Shown: positions 40,144 through 53,934 of the stretch, piece after piece
Layout: each line of letters opens with the position of its first letter
How positions within the stretch are numbered: the stretch's first letter is position 1
NCBI RefSeq assembly: GCF_000485595.1
Contig: NW_014577069.1
Coordinates: 848,673-912,672, forward strand
DNA: 64,000 bases
Source of the DNA: Priapulus caudatus
Taxonomy: Eukaryota
Direction: 5' to 3'
Translations under genes and position numbers: made by a program
The notes under the pieces: generated by a model
Told to the model about the DNA's origin: nothing
Database searches by the model: none
What the model saw: the letters and a program-made list of their open reading frames with translations, nothing else

Positions 40144-40620
40144 GAATGTTCCGAACAATTGCTCAGAATGAACGCCGCAAATGTTCCGAAAGCATGCTCA
40201 GAACAAACGTGCTGAACGTTCCGAGAAATTGCTCAGAACAATCAGCGAATGTTCCAAAAGAATTTTCAGAACGAACACGGTGAATGTTTCGAACAGTTGC
40301 TCAGAATAAATGCCGCTAATGTTTCGAAGGAATGCTCAGAATGAATGCCATGAATGTTCCGAGCAATTGCTTAGAATAAACACCGCAAATGTTCCAAACA
40401 ATTGCTCAGAACAAACGCGCTGAATGTTCCGAGCAATTGCTTAGAATGAACGCTGCAAATGTTCCAAAGGAATGTTCAGAACGAACTCAGCGAACGTTCC
40501 GAACGAACGTTCCGAACGAACGTTCCGAACGAACGTTCCGAACGAACGCGTTGAATGTACAGAAACGACTGTACGAACGCCGCGAATGTTCAGAACAACT
40601 GTTCAGAACGAATGTTCCGT
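40144..40620. repeat. Intronic minisatellite: about 35-bp unit (about 10 copies) grading into 12-bp CGAACGTTCCGA units
   Basis: ATGTTCC..CTCAGAA recurs at 40146, 40181, 40216, 40249, 40284, 40319, 40354, 40389, 40424 and 40459. Confidence 0.88.
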
Positions 40621-40630
40621 GACGCATTAC

Positions 40631-40732
40631 CGCAGTTGTATTCGTCGGCGGCGTCGCCGCACTGCGCCTCTCCGTCACAGATTGCCGAGTAGGGAATGCA
40701 CTCTCCGTCACCGCAGTTCACCTCGCAATCCC
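40631..40732 (-). CDS. CDA: CDA-like gene exon encoding an LDL-receptor class A module
   Basis: TTTTCAG| then DCEVNCGDGECIPYSAICDGEAQCGDAADEYNC then |GTAATG. Phase 1-1. It joins the next exon as G+CG = Ala. Confidence 0.93.
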
Positions 40733-40882
40733 CTGAAAACGAAACGTCAAAAGTGTCGCCATTAGTCCATCGTCGAAAGCTTCTTGTATCAGAAATGTAG
40801 TGTGAATAGTGTTAGTGTTAGAATTGTGTAGTGTTATAGTTGCGGCGTTAGCGGCTGCTTGGGTACATGCGCGCTGACCAGC

Positions 40883-41112
40883 AGATACAATAATGTAACC
40901 CAACAAGAGTGGGGTTGTAATGTTCGGTTGTAACCATAGAAATATATAGTGACACGTATATCTACGTATATTATTTCTATGGTTGTAACATTATTCTTGT
41001 TCATTGTATTATTCTTGTGTTACTCTGTGTACTACTGTGCAATGTATTTCTTCTTGTGCATTGTATTACTCTTGTACATTCCCCACTCTTGTTGTGTTAC
41101 ATTAATGTATCT
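40883..41112. mobile_element. About 230-bp MITE-like inverted repeat with a nested 51-bp hairpin insertion
   Basis: 32-bp arms (40883-40914 and 41081-41112) with 2 mismatches. The inner ACCATAGAAATA...TATTTCTATGGT (40933-40983) is flanked by TGTA on both sides. Confidence 0.65.
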
Positions 41113-43079
41113 AGCAGACCAGTAGCGCAGCCATTGTGAGTGGCGTGGAGGCGACGCGCGGTCTCGCTTGATTCAAATGTATGTCGACTTGTTTCACTTA
41201 TCTACGACGAAAGTGCATGAAAGTGAGCTATGCGCGGTTGATTCCAACGCGAACCCGCGGCAGAGCTCCGAAGCTAATTATCCCGCAATTTTATTAGTAT
41301 AATAACGTTTTTAGAGTATGATTCGGTGTATAAGTGCATGGTGCGATTAGGATTAGAGAAAAAAACTAGTGCGTAGCGTTATTGTGTCGCAACCGAAAGC
41401 GAGTCTTAACGAAACGTCTTCTGTGTGAGTAATAGCGCAATAACCGATGTTGTTGTCTATGTTAGTCGGTCAAGAGATCGTAATTGCACGCGAATGACAG
41501 CAGCGTCTTCTTCTTCTTTTTCTGCCACAGCAACTTTCGGTTCGTTCACTTTTCGCCGGATGTAATTAAATGATTGCGGGCTCTTAAACTAGATCCTGCA
41601 TAGTATATCGGCTCTCTGATCTATGAGAGCACAGATAAAGGTCCATTGATGCATGCATGGAGCCTAGAACAAGCGTTATGCCATCGGCTACGCATTGATG
41701 AAAACTGCATTCTTAGAGATATACATCGAGAACAGATGAGAATGTACTTGTATTTACATTTGAATTCCCAACTGCTTTTCGATAAGATGTGCTTTATAAC
41801 TTATCCATAAGGCGCGTTGACTCCTTTATGATTATGTAGTATAAAAACAAATGGAGTGCCAAATGCATGCATGTCGAATCTATCGTTACGTAGACTGCAT
41901 TAAAAATTAAAGGCAATGGATTCAGTGATTCTGCATTATGTATGTGACTGAGCGTCTTTGCTGTCAAGCATGGCCGCGTAATTATGCCTATATATGGACG
42001 TCTTTGTATACGCGCACTCCCACCACGCTGTGCAGGGAGCAGGGTGCTGAAGAGTGTGTACTGTGGAGAGCGCAGGTTGCATTGCTGTATGTAATGAGTA
42101 GTCCAAATACGGCTCGGCTGTATACTGCGATATAGCAGCAGGCGTACAGTGGTTTAAAATCTAGTGGTGCGAAGCACGGCAGACTGGGGGTTAGCAGCCA
42201 GCCACCGACAATCACCAATGCTATTTATCGAATGAAGACGGTCTTTGTCCTTTTCTCGTAGTTTGACATTCCAGGTCGCACGCGACAATTATCACACAAT
42301 AAGCTGCGCTTATAGATGCATCTAAACAGCAAAGTTATTTCCTGGTTAGATGCGTAAATTGCTCCATGGTTATACGGAAGTATAGTTACGTAATATTTAC
42401 ACCGTTCGCGGCCATCAAAGTGTATAAGCGCAATTTTGAGATAATGAAATATAATAATTAGCCTGTTCTAAGCGTTTGTTATCTTTTGTTCTGTACCTGC
42501 TTTAAGTTGCAGTGGAAACAAACGTTTCCACGTGGTTCTGACATTGTCTAACATGTTCTAACATTGTGTATCTATTTATAATTACATTGGCGTCTTAATT
42601 AAGAACCCGATTATGAATGAACTTTTCACTTCTTTGACTAGTATTTTACAAATAAACTAATGATTCATTTAATTGCTGCCACCGCGTAGATATTACTCGG
42701 TGTATGCGCTAAAATTAGTGCGTGGTGAAAAAAATTAGCAGACGACGTTCTTATAATACTAATATAATTACAGTGTTTGTTTTCACTGAAGCTTAAAATA
42801 AGCTCGAACTCGTATCTTTAACAACATGCAGGTGTAGCTACTAATTATGTTTAAAAATATTACGAATCCGTCACGCGCAACTTTAATTCATTACGTGCTG
42901 AAAATTAAACGCAAGCTGAAGTAGAGCGAATTCACAGACAATAGAGCAGCAGCGGGTTCGCACTCCGGCAGTCAATATTGTATTAAACCGCATGCGTTCT
43001 CGCGTGGATGTAACGCGATTATACATTCACGTCACAGCCTACGTGCAGCACATCTACTAAGGTCATTAATCCGACATCG

Positions 43080-43303
43080 TCGCGTGCTCGCACGAGCCGA
43101 CGTGGTCGTCCTGCTGCGACCACACAGTCCCGCGGACACCGCATCTCCCGCGGCACTCGTTATCGCAGATGTAGTACGCGTCGCAATCGCGTTCGTCGGG
43201 CGCGAACGTCGCGTTGCGGGCCGCGTCGGCGCACGCCGTCTCCGCGAACGACGGTGGGTCTGTCGAGCATGAACGACGGCGAGCGCTCGCTCTCTCCTGG
43301 ACG
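43080..43303 (-). CDS. CDA: CDA-like gene exon encoding a chitin-binding type 2 (CBM14) domain, copy 1 (indel-laden, truncated)
   Basis: ATTTCAG acceptor. Reads CADAARNATFAPDERDCDAYYICDN then EMRCP.GL...SCEH across frames. Confidence 0.75.
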
Positions 43304-44332
43304 CTGAAATGTCGGAGTATGTGCGTGCGTCTGCGTGCGTGTGTGTGCGTATACAGAAGGCGCGATGAAACTGCAATTCATAGATATAGGGGTCCGCTCT
43401 CCACCGCGCCACTACAGAGGTGGCAGCTAACATTAGAGATCGCGGCGCTGGCGATCGTAATTAATTTAGCTGCTAATTAAGCCGGGCGAATTGCATTGCG
43501 TTGACATTTTAACGGCTGCTGCGTTTACGAGATTAACAACCGCGAATTGTAATCCGGTGACATTTTAACGGCTGCGATGTTTACTAGATTAACGGCTCCG
43601 TGTATTATATTGGCGCGTTAGCCGCCGCAGGCTAGCTTGCTCGCTTGCTCGTATATTGGCACCCGCTCGCGAATGAGACAACTGTGTGACGCATACCTGC
43701 AAGCCGAATGTCAACGTCACTAGAAGAATTGATAACACGAGAGGCGTCATGCTGTTGAATGCATCGATATAAAATACGTCTGTATGCGTATCGAATGTGG
43801 AGTGGGGTAAGCCTGGGAGGCGTATGTCGTATCAAGCAGTCACGCGCCGGATGAGAGATACATGTCGAAACACGTGAGAGCTAACGTCCATCGGAATCGT
43901 CAGGAATCGGCCGCTAACAACTATCTCCGCCGCTGCGCACTACGAAGTGTCCACGAGAATTGAGCGACCGACAGAATACATATATATATATATATATANN
44001 NNNNNNNNTCCGATGTTTCTGCGAATGCGAGGGGATTTGTTACGCTTACGCCAGCGAGGACCCGCTCGCGCACACGACGCATGCACACACTACGCATCAC
44101 ACGCCACCACGCACACACCGCACACCACGCCACCCACGCCACAACGCCACAGCACACATTACACACACCCACGCACATTAAAACACACACTGGCACGCAC
44201 GCACACTCACGCACGCGACGCACGCACAGAGCACCACACACGCACTACGCCACGCACGCACACACACACGGCACGGCAGCGCAACCAAACAATCACAAAC
44301 ACACACCACCACACACAACTCCTTCTCTCTCA

Positions 44333-44654
44333 CGTGAATGAACGGCGGTGTGGCAATCGAGGCTCGAGTCGTACGGTCGTAGCCGCTAACGATGGGCTTG
44401 ACGTGCGAGTGCCGTGGGTGCTGCTGACGAGCCTGACGGCGTGGTCGTCCTTGTGCGACAGCACCAGTCCCGCGGAACCGCATCTCCGGCGGCGCACTCT
44501 GTTATCGACAGGATGTAGTTTACGCGTCGCATTCGCGTTCGTTCGCGGCGCGATCGTCGCGTTGCGGGCCGCGGTCGGCGCACCGCGTCGTCGCGAACGA
44601 CGGTGAGGTCTGTCGAGACTTGAACGACGGCAGCGCATCGCTCTTCCCTGGACG
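44333..44654 (-). CDS. CDA: CBM14 exon, copy 2 (indel-laden; continues into a linker RLEPRLP before a GTGAG donor)
   Basis: Same acceptor and sequence as copy 1. It lies within a about 600-700-bp duplication (43080-43680 versus 44410-45050) on the other side of an N gap. Confidence 0.65.
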
Positions 44655-45047
44655 CTGAAATGTCGGAGTATGTGCGGTGCGTGCTGGCGTCGATGGTGTG
44701 CGTATACAGACAGGGCGCGATTGAAACTGCAATCATAGATATTAGGGCCGCGCGCTCTCACCGCGGCCATACAAGGTGGCAGCTATAACATTAGAGATCG
44801 CGGCGCTGGCGATGTAATTTAATTTAGCTTGCCTAATTAAGCGGGCGAATTGCATTGCGTTTTGACAATTTTAACGGCTTGCTGCGTTTACGATGATTAA
44901 CACGCGGATTGCTAATCCGGTGACATTTTTAACGGCTGCGTGTTTACTAGATTAACGGCTCCGTGGTGTTATATGGGCGTTTAGCCGCCGCCGTAGCTTT
45001 TGCTCGCTTGCTCGAATATATTGGCACACAGCCTTCGCGCGAATGAG

Positions 45048-45095
<48 letters not shown>

Positions 45096-47455
45096 GACTG
45101 TGGGGCAACGCTCGACCTAAACCACAGTGTGACGACAGGTCCTGAAACCCGCCCACCGTCGAAAAACAATGGCGCTCTTTGTTTTCCGCCATTGCTCGCC
45201 GTTTGCGCGTGGATGCGCAGACGTGAATGCGGTATATCCTTGTTCAGAGCGGTCTTCGGATAATCCAAAAGACTGCTAACCCAGTTACCCCGCGTCTTCG
45301 CGCTCCCGCGCGCGCGCGTTAACTTACGCGAGAAAGATTTCGCAGTTCGAAAGTCTTCCTCAAGATTAATCTGTGTAACACAGACGTGTCTATGCTATGC
45401 CCGCTACAATGACTATATCTGCTCTAATTAATCCAAAAAAGACGTCGTAGTAAAAACGGCTACTAGTGTTTTTTTTTAGTGAATCGGCTTTCGTGTTAGC
45501 ATGCAGTAGAAAACACGCCGCTATTGTATATATAGAAGTTACGTGGTTGTAATGTTGTTCGGGGTGCGAACATACGTCGGAAACGCAACAATAGTTCTGA
45601 TGACTATCTCGCAAGAGACAAATTTCATAGGAAGAACGAGAGACGTTCTTTATCTTCGACGCAGTATGGACTAGTGAAAGTAAAATCGCAAATATACCTA
45701 TACGTTGTTCAATTATTTTGTGGCTTTTGTGGAAAAATATCTCAAGGCGTGCCTTATATTGAGGAATCACATAAAACCTTAACGCCTACGTTGTAATTTC
45801 GTCGATATTTCAGCGAAGTTTTTCGTTCATTTTAATGTTTGCCGTCGATACTGCATCTATTTCCGCGTGTGTGCAAGCTAAATATGTAGACTGAAAAGAA
45901 GCGGGGTTCTTAGTTTTTCATGTCGGTTTAATTCGAACTGCCACAGTCGAATCCCGTCTATGTTTATGCATGGCTTGTCAGTTTAAACGTATAAAGCGAA
46001 TTTACGAGTTCTATGTAGCGAGTTGCGCATCTGGTCCCAGTACGGTTTCCCTGCGTAATGATTCATCGTCACATAAATTAGTGATGGCGTGGGGAGGGGG
46101 GGGGTAAATGCTAATATTACTGCAATGTTTAATTTTATACCTATTGCACCACTAACTTTACGCTGGTTTAGGCGTTTAGGCGCTCAAGGCTCCGCTTACG
46201 GCTAATAAGGCCGCTTAAGGCCGCTTAAGGCTAACTTTAGGCGCTCTCTCCTAATAAGCCACGCGCATGCGCATCGTGCGCCGATTGTTTTTTTTTCTAG
46301 TTCGACCTATACAAAGTTCAGTATCCTTCAATGGTATATATGCGATTCTACGCCCCACGGAGGAAATATAGCGTCCCCATAATTACACGCCAGTGACTTT
46401 CTTCCCTCTCTCCCTTCCCTCCCTCCCCCTTCCCTCCCTCCCTCCTTCCCTCTCTCCCCCCTTCCCTCCCTCTCCCCTGGGTCTCTTCCCTGCTGTTTTA
46501 ATTAAAGTGCTATCACTTATACGACATGTTCGAGCGAGTTTAGCGAATCGCGCTAAAAATGTACGCACATTATTATTGCTGTTTTGCAGCGAGTAGTTAG
46601 TTTACATTAAGAAATCCACAGATGAGAAGCTACACGAGACTATGAATTACTTCTGCACGCTGCTACAGTAAAATCTTAATCACGGCGTGCATATTAAATA
46701 ACCGATTGCTTTGAAGCAATCGCCGTCAACAAACAGCAGTGATTCAACGAACAGTTTATGAATGTTCAACGCCGATTTCCCATAGGAACATACGCGAGCA
46801 TACGCTTCCCTTGAAGTATGCTAGTCGCTCGATTTCCGCGTATGCCCATCTTTCTACGAGCCATTGCCTCCAGGCGTTGTGTAATGCTACAGTACTCTGA
46901 CCCATGCTCGCTTTAAATATTGTAATTATTAAACGTCCAGCACTGCAATGACCTTAACCGATTCCGAACAAGCATTCCATTGTTATCGCCGCCTCGCCTT
47001 GTTGAAATGCTGCGAACTATAACATTGTGGCTAATTTGTACCTGTGCAAATCCGCGGTCCACGCCCGCTGATTCGGAACGTCGCTACGTCCGGGTTAAAT
47101 CGCAAAATAACATTGAAATACATGTGCTCTCTCATGAACGCCTATGAAGTTTTTTATATATACTATTATGCGATATTATATGTCTATTATGTGTAGAGAT
47201 TATGGAAAAATGTTACTATAACTAAGAGAACGTTGTTATATTTTATCTAGTATTATATCTTAGGCTGCAATTTAAGTGTCGAGCTATTTGATGAATTCTT
47301 TGAACGTAGTCGTAGAATGTTTACCAATTCTAAAAACAAGAAAAAATATGATTTCTTAATTTATGAGCAAAACATATTAATATAGTATATAGCAAGTAAA
47401 CTATATCAAATACAAGTGGTAAAATACTTGGACTAATTGTAATTGTTCTATTATT

Positions 47456-47532
47456 AATATTACTATTATTATTATTATAATTATTATTATCATCATCATC
47501 ATCACCACCACCACCACCACCACCATCATCAC

Positions 47533-47595
<63 letters not shown>

Positions 47596-47596
47596 T
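47456..47596. repeat. Compound (ATT)n(CAC)n(CAT)n microsatellite
   Basis: Direct reading. Confidence 0.92.
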
Positions 47597-50500
47597 CTTA
47601 TTAAAGGAAGAAGATACACGCATCGTAATATTATAACTAATCAAACGTAATGAAGTCAAATCGCGGAAGAATCTTACACGAAACCAAAAGCACGAGCTCA
47701 CTTATCCAATTTAATAATAATTTACTTATTTGTAATTTTAATAATATGAATGGGATCAGCCCTAAAATGGAATTACTCTATACACGGCTACGATAATTAA
47801 CTATTCATAAAATATTTTATAAAGCAGATTTGTCGACGGGTAAAAAGAAGAAGCCACATAACCCAAATGAGGTATAGAAGGTTCACAGGCACAACAAAAC
47901 AATTAATTTGATTAAACGAAATCTTTCCCAACGGCGTTTCGACGTGTTCGACGTTTTTAATTTCGAATTAATAAACTAATGAAATTGAATAATAATATAG
48001 GGTAATCGTATAACCAGCAGAAAGACGAGCTTACATGAGATGAATAAAACGAAATATATGCATCCAGCATACTATAAATAGCGTTATTATTCTTAACGCT
48101 ACTATTCCTGTGTATTGCATCTATATATCATTTACGATTCCATTGATAGTCAATTTTAAAGTGAACATACAACCCTGATCGTATGCATGCATGCTATTGC
48201 ATGCGCCTTTGACGTTATTGATTTCAATTATACGAGAACATACACAAATTAAAAACGCGCTGAGAAATTCAATGAGCTTAACCAAGCGAACTAAGCGCAT
48301 CTGATCAAAATGATACCGACACGAGTCGTCGTTCTTTTAAGCATACACAATTAACTTTAAACCATTGACCATTACCAGCTGCCGTTTAGTGGTTAGTGCT
48401 GTAGCTGACATATTAGAGCGTGGACCAACAGCAGAAGCCACTTTGAGATTATAGGGGCATGTACTAGCTAAATAACGCAAAACGTAAACTTGTTATGAAC
48501 TTGCTTTATGCAAACGTTATCATTACGATTTCATGAATTGATGGGCTTTACATCACTAATCGCGTTCAATTACTTACTGTATCGTCGAGGAATTGATGTA
48601 AACAAATGTCGATGTCACAAAGATTTTAAGGTGACGCGACAAACGCTTAAACTGCTGCGGATTTTTTCACGAATTCACATGTAAATGCGAGTAGTTTTTT
48701 AATTTTCGGTTATTATTTAGTCTCACACGAGACAGAAAACGTTTGATGTAAGCCGCCTTTACGTTTTCATTAACCATGTCATGTCAAAAATGCATACCCC
48801 TCGTTAACGAGCAATTCCTTCAGGCAGTCTTCAGACAGAGTTCTCCGTGCCTTCCTAAGCTGATTACGTAATTAAGGCTTAATGTCGTTAGAATGCTTGG
48901 CGAGACTCATTAGCATTTTATGTAATCACATTGATAGCGTGCTGCAGAAATTTGTGCTAAAACGTATATATTAATATTGCAATAATTGGAAAATCCTCAG
49001 ATTAGCTAATCCATATGCAGTAATTCAGCTGCGTTAATCAACCATGTAGCAAGTTATTTCCGTAATGAAATGAGGTTTTGTTGCATAACGTGGGTGTGAT
49101 CTTTTATGCAAATCTTTATGTCTAGTAATTCTGTCAGTTATTGCCTTAAATTTAATCAAGGAATCTCTACTTGATATGCTATTTGAATATACTTTACATT
49201 GAATTCACTATCTTAATAACTACAAAGTAACTATAACATGAAACCTATATATATAAACTACTAATATACAACTTTGATAACGCGTGTATCTATCTATCTA
49301 TTTATTTATCTCTCTCTCTTTCTTGTCTCCTCGTCTCTCCTCGCTCTCATCTCTCTCTCTTAATATATATACTACATATTATAGGTGATATTATTAGTAT
49401 ATATAATATGACTATATAACACAGGCACACAGACCGGCGGGCAGTATATATAATAATCTATATAAATATTATAATATAGTATATAGAATCTTTCGCCCTC
49501 CGTAATAACGGCCCCTTTCGCCGACAGATGTCGCTAGATTCAAATTGATGGTCTTTGAATGGACCGTTTCAATAATAGCAAGATGGTAAATAAACGCAAA
49601 TCGGATTTACTACCATAGACTCAATGTTTATGTGATCTTCTTCGACTAATAATTCTACGTAAATGTCGTTCAAACACTTCTCTGCAACACACCGCCTCAC
49701 CGCACGCACGCCACTAGTACTGTGCACAAACAAACTTACGGAAAGAGTTCTGTGCGTTTTCTTTCTTTCTGTGTGTTTGCGCACGGTTGCGTTCGTGCGG
49801 TAGGATTGGGTATTGCACATGAATGGTTGAACGGCATATACGTGGGGTTACTAAGCAACTGAGAGTAGATAAACATTGAGACATTGGCAGTAAACAGAAC
49901 GTGGTTTTATTTACTAAAATTTTATTATTAAAACATTCCAACTGTCTGTGGAGTGGCTAGTGGTCGTAATCATGTAGCTTATAATCATGTTGGACACGAC
50001 ACGCTTCGGAGATTGTATTACCGCAATCCAATCGTTACGCTGTCACTAGTCTGAGCACTATAGATTCGCGTTCAAGAATTAACTTGTCGGCATAACAGCA
50101 CATACAGGGGCAATCTACATGAGATAACATGTCCCGTCAGCGGCGGAAGTTGATTCGGAACCCGGATTTCCGGAATACAGCTCTGATCCACAAAATTCAA
50201 CAAATGCAAGATAGCAATTCAAATATAAACGCAGCGTCACTGTCACAATTGTTCATAATGATTATGATGGAGAGCTGTAGACAGATAGGACATCTCTAAC
50301 TACCGGAATAAAGACAACAGCACGTTACCTCTAATTTCATGCGTAATACGGCACGTACTTATAAGCTCGGTTACCGATCAAGCCAGTCAACAACGCTCAG
50401 TGCAATAGATTTCCTCCACATTTCCAGTACAAAAAATAGCATGACCTCAACTTGTTCCTTCCGTGAAAATAGCTATATTTATCCTCGAAAAATCTGTATT

Positions 50501-51789
50501 AGCTTCATCCTCTGATCGATACGGTAATTTAACAGCGGTGGAAAAGACCTCGATAAAGCTTATACATATATATCGGATTTCGTGAACCGCAAAATCTTAA
50601 TTGGCGTGAAGCGTCTATGTCATGTCACAAATTCCGATATCACTAAAGATATATCACCGCTATTTGCATATATTATTCGATGCGTAACCGCAAGTGCATT
50701 TATTATACTATCATTAGCTCGTTAAATCCACGAGGGTTGCTTTCTACCGCGTTCATTTGATTTTTTATGTTTTCGATTTGGTTTTCATATTGTATTCGTC
50801 AGAATTGGAGCTTTTTCACGATATTCTGGCATTCATTTTCGGGTACAGTCTAGTATTAGATGTTATGGTAACATACGGCTGTCTCCGTCAGGAGCATAGG
50901 CATGTGTAAAATATTACGAGTTTTCAATTAGTGTTAACCTAGTTATTAAAGACCATTTTACCCATGCGAATTTGCATTAATCTTTTTTTAACACGTGCGT
51001 GTAAATAGTTAGATTTTCTGTGAGCAATTAGAACTGTTTTAGTAGCTAGTTTCTATACTATAGTTAGATATGCCCCGCAGTTAGTACTACAGTACAAAGC
51101 GTATACGGTATGTGGGCATTAAACAAGTAATGAGTTTACATTGTACTGTGGGAGAAAGGTAGATAACTCCAATTTATTTAAACATTTAATTCATCAGCTA
51201 TTTATTAAATGAAAATACAATACGCGTCTAGTTCTATGAGAAACGGTACGTGACCTTGTAGCTAATGGACATCAACCACGCAGCTTGGCCATTACAATAA
51301 CTACTTATGTGGCGTTTGCCGACAGCTAAAATTAGGACATTGAAATTAAACCATTGTCTGGCATATGCTCTGCACCACATCTGGCTCCTTTAGTTTGAGG
51401 TTCTTATGCAATAGCGTGATTCTGTTCAGGTCTAGCGTTATCTCGCTATTAATGATAGATGTTCTATTGTCAATAAACATCAAGGGAAACGGTCGCCTTT
51501 AATTAGATCCTAGCCGACAATGTTTCATTGTGTTAATAATTTACGAATGAATAGAATTATTTGTCAAACTATTGCATCATGACAGCTAGCTTTTAAGGCA
51601 GCTTGTTAGAGTGTTTTTTTGGAAACGTCTATTCATGTAATTATCCAATTAGGGATTTTTAGAAAATAAATTATCACTGAATGTCTATTTACAATAAGTT
51701 AGACGTATCGTGTTACTCGTCAGTGCCAGATGACATCTCAATATCCCGTGATAGTTTCGTCTCTTTTCATCAAATCAATTTCATTTTAT

Positions 51790-52108
<319 letters not shown>

Positions 52109-53859
52109 GAAAGACAGTTTGTCATCGCGCTATTCCTGTCACACAGCTCGTGCTGCATTCGAAGACACTGAATGCAAACTGCAATTAAGCTACATTGGAC
52201 TGAAGTCGAGCTACTTTATACTTCCATATTTCCTACGATTCACATGATAAGTAAAATTGAGTGCAATGTGTGTAAGTGGCCACTAACGTTTTGGAAAGGT
52301 CGCTAAAAGGTCCCTTCGTTTTGCTCGTTGGATTTCTATCGCAATAACTCGGATCATCCGTTATGCTCCTACAGATAGATAGATGATCATTCATTTCCTC
52401 AATCTAAAGGAACATTACTATGTAAGTGAAAGATTTTTATTGATCGTAGGCGAGCAACATTTTGCTGGCTGTAGATTATAATTGCCCATACAAAATGGTA
52501 AAAAAGTTGCATTTGGACTTGCGCCTTAGCTGTATGCCTTGTCTGTGTAATTTGCAATGGTTTCTGTATACTGTATACTGTATGTTAATATATATTACCA
52601 ATCAATGTTTTCGTTCTTATTTATCTTATTATTATATTGCCTTAGTTAACGACGTTCGCAAAGCCAACGCCTCAATCTAAATTATAAACATGGGACTCCC
52701 CAGTCCACACATTATTATTTACATAATGAGGGATACTGTATTTTGTTTAAAATGTTTTTATGCCTTTTATCTTATTCTAGTTTTGAAGATTATGAAGATG
52801 GATTGGAAGCTTTAAATTTCTATCCATTGCGCGGGAGTGTCTTATCCGTTCTCGCGTCATCTTTTAATGAAAATGTTGCATTGTTATATGATTTTCAATT
52901 CATGTTATTATTTTTCGTAAATTTGAACATCGTTAAAATATTGTATGATAGGTCCTGTAAAAAAACTTCGCTTATAACATGCATTCGCATACTATCTGCT
53001 CAGCTACAACACCGAAATGATGCAATAAACAACGTACAATTGAATCTCGTCGTTGGTATTCAACTGATGTTCAGTTAATATCTATATATATATATAGGTA
53101 TATGTATAGTTATATATGAATGTATATCTACAACAAGGAAGCCCTGGCCACGACTTCGCGGTTAATAGCTGCAGTACAGTGTACTCTAATGTGATTTACA
53201 ACCCAGGAGGAAAACTCCTAACTGTATCTAACGATCCAGATTACAGCGGAAGTGAGCCGTGAATGCGATATTCGAAAAAGAGTCAAGGGTTTCTAACGCC
53301 GTCTCGCCTGATATGCAAATGAAACCAGATAGAATGTTAGGGTGATCATCGAGCACAACGTATAACTGTATCCGAAATGCTACGTACGATAAATCAGGGG
53401 CTGAGAAGAAGTGGTATTATGTGTGTGTGTGGATGGAGCGGGAAGTTAAGACTATGCGTGGGGTATGCGTAGGCGGAAACAGAGGCTAAAACAGTCCCAT
53501 TGCTGCGGCCCTACATTTTCGAAGTACAGCGAAACGGCCCTCTCGGTTGTTGGAAAACGCATCTGCAGCTCTCTTCTGCCACCTTTTTTATACGATCGCC
53601 ACGCTACAGCAAAGCCGTGTCCTAAAAGCGTACCCCGTAGATATACATACGGAAAACTACCCTCATTCGCCCCCTCTGCGTGCGAACAGTACTGAGATGC
53701 TACAGCATTCTCATTGTATATAGTGCTGTATATATACGTGGCACACTCACAACACGTCCTCTTCAAAGATTACCGGCCGTTATTACATTATCGGCACATT
53801 CATCGAACATTCACGTCACACTTTTTTGTAGTGGAAACGGCTCGGGTCTTTTCTATATT

Positions 53860-53934
<75 letters not shown>

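Larger units (their letters stand above)
35800..44654 (-). other. CDA: Gene span: chitin deacetylase-like protein (CBM14 + LDLa + CE4/NodB), first exon not located
   Basis: Five exons occur in the canonical order of arthropod group I/II chitin deacetylases, with compatible intron phases between the clean exons. Confidence 0.9.

Noticed and set aside
40144..40620. CRISPR-like periodic repeat
   Set aside because: Units are contiguous with no unique spacers, the context is a eukaryotic intron, and no cas genes are present.
42914..42972. tRNA or tRNA-derived SINE head (AGCT..GTAGAGCG...GGGTTCGCACTCC)
   Set aside because: Box-like motifs only. No cloverleaf could be built and no SINE body or second copy was seen.
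46165..46262. Nematode-type TTAGGC telomere repeats
   Set aside because: Only scattered, irregular units, not an array.
49700..49820. Possible signal-peptide first exon of the CDA gene
   Set aside because: No hydrophobic core, and the donor phase does not fit the CBM14 exon reading frame.
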